A stretch of 13,520 nucleotides of DNA from Hormiphora californensis (Eukaryota > Animalia > Ctenophora), in NCBI GenBank assembly GCA_020137815.1, contig WFME01000030.1:1-13520 (forward strand), written 5' to 3'. Position 1 is the first letter of the stretch. The number at the start of each line of letters is the position of its first letter. The notes below the pieces were generated by a model that saw nothing but the letters and a program-made list of their open reading frames with translations, was not told the DNA's origin and ran no database searches. Of the stretch, positions 9,041 to 13,520 are shown piece after piece. The translations under genes were made by a program, and so were the position numbers.

Positions 9041-9666
9041 CTGAAGAATGTATTATGTAATGTCATTACCCACTATCCCCACACATGTGAGGCTTGTTCC
9101 CTTGTTCGTAAATCGGCACTTTTTGCATTTCCATTGCTTGCATGTCGTGTATTTAGGCATCGCTAATGCTATGAATTTCTGCACATTAGTAAGACTTGTT
9201 CTAGTTAGGAGTCGTGGGGACGGGGAATGGTAAAATAAACTAAATAAACACTCTAGAGGCCTTTAAAGGCCAATAGAAGGACCTCGAGCGCCTCTAGAGA
9301 CCTGTAGAAGGCACCAAAGAAGTTCCCGACAGCAGTAAACTTTTTTGTATTTTTTTGTATTTTTTTGTATTTTTTTGTATTTTTTTTGTACGGACCGTAC
9401 AAAAAAATATTGCCTGCTTTTTCCGTACATCCGTACACAAAAATGGTTGATACCCCCCCCCGATGTGCCGCAGTAAGAAAATGATGTCGCGCTTCAACTC
9501 TTTTCTCTCGCTAGTCTTTGTGTCTCTCTCACTACGAATGCGCGCCTCATTCCAGGTCGAGATTCTCGTCGAATTTCACGTCGAGGTATGGCAATTATGT
9601 TGGAGGACCACTGTTAGGTTGGTAAACATGTGGAACTATAATCCGACAGATCACAATTATAATTAC

Positions 9667-9748
9667 CTTGCATACCGTGCACACAGATCCCTTGTGCTCG
9701 GGAAGGTAGCTGGCCGTGCAAAGAGGACACTTTTCAACCGCTTTCCCC
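9667..9748 (-). CDS. COPA: Coatomer subunit alpha exon (R-GKAVEKCPLCTASYLPEHKGSVCTVCK)
   Basis: 82 nt, ttttcag|G GGG AAA ... AAG|gtaatt. Completes the phase-2 Arg codon and encodes the CxxC...CxxC segment near the alpha-COP C-terminus. Confidence 0.94.
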
Positions 9749-9799
9749 CTGAAAATGTAGTCGTAATTAGATGCAACTGTAATTAAAACAAAAAAGAGA

Positions 9800-10057
9800 C
9801 AAACCAAACCAAACTAATTCCCACTAAACCAAACCAAACCAAACCAAACCCCCACCAAATCCAACCAATTCCAACCAAACCAAACCAAACCAAACCAAAC
9901 CAAACCAAACCAAACCAAACCAAACCAAACCAAACCAAACCAAACCAAACCAAACCAAACCAAACCAAACCAAACCAAACCAAACCAAACCAAACCAAAC
10001 CAAACCAAACCAAACCAAACCAAACCAAACCAAACCAAACAAAACCAAACAAAACCA
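9800..10057. repeat. (CAAAC)n pentanucleotide microsatellite
   Basis: Long pure run at about 9876-10040 with degenerate flanks. Confidence 0.98.
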
Positions 10058-10119
10058 AGCCCTCCTTTTACGAAACACAGTATATTTATAAGTCATGGAA
10101 ATGTTGTCAAAAACTGCCC

Positions 10120-11395
10120 GAACCTAGAAATCATTATAGGGGCAAGCTAATTTTTGCACAATCCGATAGTCAATAGGCCCCTGAACCACCAAAAAAAAGT
10201 CCCAAGCCCAACTCCTGGGGGAAGTGCCCCTAATTGGCCCTAATTGATTACAGTGTATTTGTAACCATCAATTAAATCGTAAATCGTCTTAGGAAAGGAG
10301 TAGAGGGAAAACCAAGGGCACTAAAGTGTTCAGCGTCCTCGCATTAGTGGGGGTAGGTGCTGGAATTAAGTCTCTATCTCATCTGGTTAATTAGATAATT
10401 GGATAATTAGGTTTGCGCAGAGCCGTTTTTTGGCTATATGGCTATAGCCACTTAGGAAAAGAGTAGAGACAAAACCGAGGGCACTAAAATGATCAGCGTC
10501 CTCGAATTAGTGGGGGTAGGTGCTAAAATTAAGTCTATCTCATCTGGTTAATTAGATAATTGGATAATTAGATCCGCACATAGCCGTTTTTGGCCACATG
10601 GCTATAGCCACTTGGGAATGGTTTAGAGACTTTTCACTGGTGCCATTTTGTAGGCAATGGCTAAGTTATGGGGGGTCGTGGTCGGACTTTTAAGCTCTAT
10701 CTCAAACCGTTTAGCCGTTATTTGGATTCAAAGGTGCTGAAAATGAGCAAAAAATGGTAAAAAGTACGATTTTGAGCCTCTTTGTGGATCTTTGAATCCA
10801 AATAACGGCTAAACGGTTTGAGATAGAGCTTAAAAGTCCGACCACGACCCCCCATAACTTAGCCATTGCCTACAAAATGGCACCAGTGAAAAGTCTCTAA
10901 ACCATTCCCAAGTGGCTATAGCCATGTGGCCAAAAACGGCTATGTGCGGATCTAATTATCCAATTATCTAATTAACCAGATGAGATAGAGACTTAATTTC
11001 AGCACCTATCCCCACTATTTCGAGGACGCTGATCATTTTAGTGCCCTCGGTTTTGTCTCTACTCTTTTCCTAAGTGGCTATAGCCATATAGCCAAAAAAC
11101 GGCTCTGCGCAAACCTAATTATCCAATTAACCAGATGAGATAGAGACTTAATTCCAGCACCTACCCCCACTAATGCGAGGACGCTGAACACTTTAGTGCC
11201 CTTGGTTTTCCCTCTACTCCTTTCCTAAGACGATTTACGATTTAATTGATGGTTACAAATACACTGTAATCAATTAGGGCCAATTAGGGGCACTTCCCCC
11301 AGGAGTTGGGCTTGGGACTTTTTTTTGGTGGTTCAGGGGCCTATTGACTATCGGATTGTGCAAAAATTAGCTTGCCCCTAATGATTTCTAGGTTC
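10120..11395. mobile_element. ~1.28-kb near-perfect palindrome, probably a foldback non-autonomous element (arms 10120-10733 and 10790-11395, 56-bp spacer)
   Basis: Arms of 614 and 606 bp differ by about 3 substitutions and 3 indels (2, 8 and 2 bp) by eye. A further 17/20 inverted match lies outside (10088-10107 vs 11398-11417). The palindrome is certain; mobile origin is inferred. Confidence 0.75.
10288..10733. repeat. ~160-bp subrepeats within the palindrome arm (mirrored at about 10790-11229)
   Basis: Units start with CTTAGGAAA at 10288 and 10451, and a diverged third unit starts CTTGGGAAT at 10611. They share a TTAAG..CTATCTCA motif, and the first two end in GGCTATAGCCA. Confidence 0.88.
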
Positions 11396-11442
11396 TAACA
11401 AGAATTCCATGAATTATTATGCAAATCAAACCAAACGCTAAC

Positions 11443-11633
11443 CTGTAGATAGGGAGGTAGGAGCGAGCACAGAGCACAAATGGATTATGTTGATCGTATT
11501 GCAGCTTGTGTTCGTCCACCGGATTTTTCTCGCACGCTGCAAGGATCTTTCGCATAGTGGTAGCGAGGTCCTGCTTCGGACCACAGTCCAGTAGGCGACG
11601 GGCGAAGGAAGCTGCTGTCTTGAAGTTTTTCAA
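11443..11633 (-). CDS. COPA: Coatomer subunit alpha exon ([19 protein letters not shown]...[19 protein letters not shown])
   Basis: 191 nt, tttttag|TTG ... TAC AG|gttagc (phase 2). Overlaps ORF 11388..11633 and contains the motifs KNFKTAAxFARRLL and YDxHNPF. Confidence 0.96.
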
Positions 11634-11846
11634 CTAAAAAAGGGGTGAAATATATCAGTATGGATCCTGTTACAACTCCTAGAAAGGGATGTTGAGTTAT
11701 AAGGTAGTCTCTTGTAAAACATTAAACAGTTGTGCAGCAGAACGGAGAAGGGTTGTTACTCAACAAAGGTAACGAAGTGCGCCCCACGAGTGCTACATAC
11801 CTTGTTATGTTCTAACCCTCACACAGTCTAGCTAGGCAATACATAC

Positions 11847-11945
11847 CTTGTAAAACAGCTGTGCGGCAGAACGGAGAACGAGAATCAGATGTACAGGCTG
11901 GAGGTTACAATGTGTAAAGTACGCGGCGAGTTCACATATCCGAAT
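11847..11945 (-). CDS. COPA: Coatomer subunit alpha exon ([33 protein letters not shown])
   Basis: 99 nt, ctcccag|ATT ... AAG|gtatgt. Contains the alpha-COP motif [15 protein letters not shown]. Confidence 0.96.
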
Positions 11946-12137
11946 CTGGGAGAAGGGGTTGTTATATTAAGCAGTCTAGTGATTGGGGGGTTGACTAACA
12001 TCTAAACATAAATCTAGAGACAACTCCGTCTCCATATTTTTGGAAACCGTGGTGCGGGGTGCTCTCGGCTCGGGTTGAGTCGCCTGAGACACGGTATGAA
12101 CAATTCGAGGCTCGGGATCTAAACTAAAATATTTCAC

Positions 12138-12233
12138 CTGATCATCGACTGTTCTTCTCGGCAGTTCTTTCCTCGCTATCTCCATCTGCAGGCCAAGTAC
12201 ATACTCCCGACAAATTCCAATCAGTTGTTGTGC
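12138..12233 (-). CDS. COPA: Coatomer subunit alpha exon (AQQLIGICREYVLGLQMEIARKELPRRTVDDQ)
   Basis: 96 nt, ttttcag|GCA ... CAG|gtgaaa. Contains the alpha-COP motif AQQLIxICREY and is in frame with its neighbours. Confidence 0.95.
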
Positions 12234-12344
12234 CTGAAAAGTGTTGTCATGTTATGATGATCTCAACCACCTAACAAGTCATGTAATAGGCCTCTTTTTG
12301 TGGATTTGACCAAAACAGCTAATAACTTTGCGGATGTTTTGTAC

Positions 12345-12458
12345 CTCATTTAATTCCTCTTTAGACTCCACTATCAGTAGAGGTACGGCGAGTAAAATAG
12401 AATGGAACTTGACCGCAGCCTCACTGAACTTGCCCTGTGTTGTAAGCTGGTAGCCAAC
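12345..12458 (-). CDS. COPA: Coatomer subunit alpha exon (first visible; [38 protein letters not shown])
   Basis: 114 nt, phase 0/0, acceptor tgatcag|GTT, donor GAG|gtacaa. The translation matches the alpha-COP C-terminal domain as I recall it (YQLTTxGKFxEAxxKFxSILLxVPLL). Confidence 0.95.
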
Positions 12459-12947
12459 CTGATCAGGGGAGGGGTGTCAGTAAGTAGTTGGATAAGGATA
12501 ACGAATAAAACGGAGGGGTAACCTAATCGAGGGAGGGGTGTCAGAATAATATAACGGATAGGGGGAATGGGGTGTTATAATCAAAATGCCTGTTTTATTT
12601 ATTTTGTTCAATCTGCGAAGAAAACAGGGTCGAACAAGGCAACAGAATGCCGGGAATGGTATTCCTTATAAAGTGGTTTTAGTCAGAGCTGGATGGATGT
12701 ATTGAAACTAGGGTTGTAATACTGCATAGCTCGAGTTAGGAATGGTAATAACATCCAGAACTTATAGCAATGAAATAGCATAATGTGGTGATATAGTTTT
12801 GCTGCCTCTTCTTAGTTCTTCGAGAACGAGAACGAGGGGGGCTAATAACATGTGGTGTCATTACAAAAGAGGAACGACACGTGAACACACTGCCATGTAC
12901 TAATGACCAACTAACGACACCTCATTGAAAAATAGTTGTTTTTAAAC

Positions 12948-13115
12948 CTGCCACACCTCTCGATCCTTGTTTTTTTTCCTTTCACGCGGTATGTTTTGTA
13001 AAATCTTGTTGATATTGGTAATTTTCAGTGCCAATTCCGAGGCGTTTACTTCCGGTAAAGTGAAAGCAAGTGGAGTAACAACTGCTGAATCAGTTATAGG
13101 AAGACTCTGAGAGAC
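12948..13115 (-). CDS. Putative 168-nt exon of unknown protein (VSQSLPITD...KKNKDREVWQ), not COPA-like
   Basis: Open frame bounded by ttccag| and CAG|gtttaa, phase 0/0. No recognisable homology. Confidence 0.3.
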
Positions 13116-13286
13116 CTGGAACGTGATCCAATCGAATATGATGATGTGAACCATATTACAACAAGGATAGCTGACAGTGGTGTTGTGGATATTGAAGTTA
13201 GAGGTCGGAAAAGAAGAAGAAAGAGAAAAGAAAGAAGAAGAAAGAGAAAAAGGGTCATGCGATATTCTAACATTTTAAGACTGAAA

Positions 13287-13287
<1 letters not shown>

Positions 13288-13340
<53 letters not shown>

Positions 13341-13341
13341 T

Positions 13342-13380
<39 letters not shown>

Positions 13381-13410
13381 AGAGAGAGAGAGAGGATAGA
13401 GAGAGAGAGA
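13288..13410. repeat. Compound (GT)n(GA)n microsatellite
   Basis: Direct reading of the sequence. Confidence 0.95.
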
Positions 13411-13520
13411 AAAATGATACTTCAACAATTATTTTAAAACCTGTCGGATGACGTTTCTAAACCTTGGTCATACAAAATGACCCGTTGCTATATTTGGTTG
13501 TCTTTTGTTTTCTCTGTAAA

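Larger units (their letters stand above)
3561..9461. mobile_element. 5.9-kb non-autonomous Mutator/Foldback-like DNA transposon nested in the MITE
   Basis: 9-bp direct repeat GATGTGCCG at 3552-3560 and 9462-9470. Termini are G6-TACCAACC and GGTTGATA-C9. There are ~200-bp diverged modular TIRs (3561-3764, 9253-9461) with TTTTTTGTAT repeats, and no transposase ORF. The superfamily is inferred from TSD length and long G-initial TIRs. Confidence 0.8.
3479..9613. mobile_element. Outer non-autonomous TIR element (MITE, ~225 bp before interruption); halves at 3479-3560 and 9471-9613
   Basis: Imperfect ~70-bp TIRs (CAGTGGTCCTCCRACATA...GACGTGAAATTCGAC...TCTCGACCTGGAATGAG.CGCGCAT) at 3479-3545 and 9538-9613. 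TTA directly flanks both ends (3476-3478, 9614-9616). Removing it leaves a 168-bp intron, similar to the other COPA introns. Confidence 0.85.

Noticed and set aside
9783-10096. (FGLVW)n ORFs
   Set aside because: Translation of the (CAAAC)n microsatellite.
3361-11442. Palindromes as simple fold-back read chimeras
   Set aside because: COPA exons stay collinear and in frame across both structures and the arms differ by substitutions and indels. An artefact is disfavoured but not excluded without reads.

Overview
This is eukaryotic, probably animal, genomic DNA carrying the 3' end of coatomer subunit alpha (COPA) on the minus strand. Six GT-AG exons (12345-12458, 12138-12233, 11847-11945, 11443-11633, 9667-9748, 3301-3360) splice in frame to ...[11 protein letters not shown]...KETIGLRIFPGQFR*. 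Three introns are short (111-213 bp), but the last two are inflated by non-coding foldback structures. The last intron (6306 bp) holds a nested set: a ~225-bp TIR element with a TTA duplication, interrupted by a 5.9-kb Mutator/Foldback-like element with a 9-bp duplication (GATGTGCCG). That element carries a tRNA-Val(GAC)-like Pol III unit, a double E-box palindrome, and a ~3-kb palindrome built around a 32-bp minisatellite that flips orientation. The preceding intron holds a second ~1.3-kb near-perfect palindrome of ~160-bp subrepeats beside a (CAAAC)n microsatellite. Downstream of COPA are a LINE 3' fragment, a small MITE and low-complexity, possibly low-quality sequence. Upstream of the first visible COPA exon are speculative non-COPA exon-like segments, one ending in a neuropeptide-like motif. 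All alignments were done by eye and no database searches were run.
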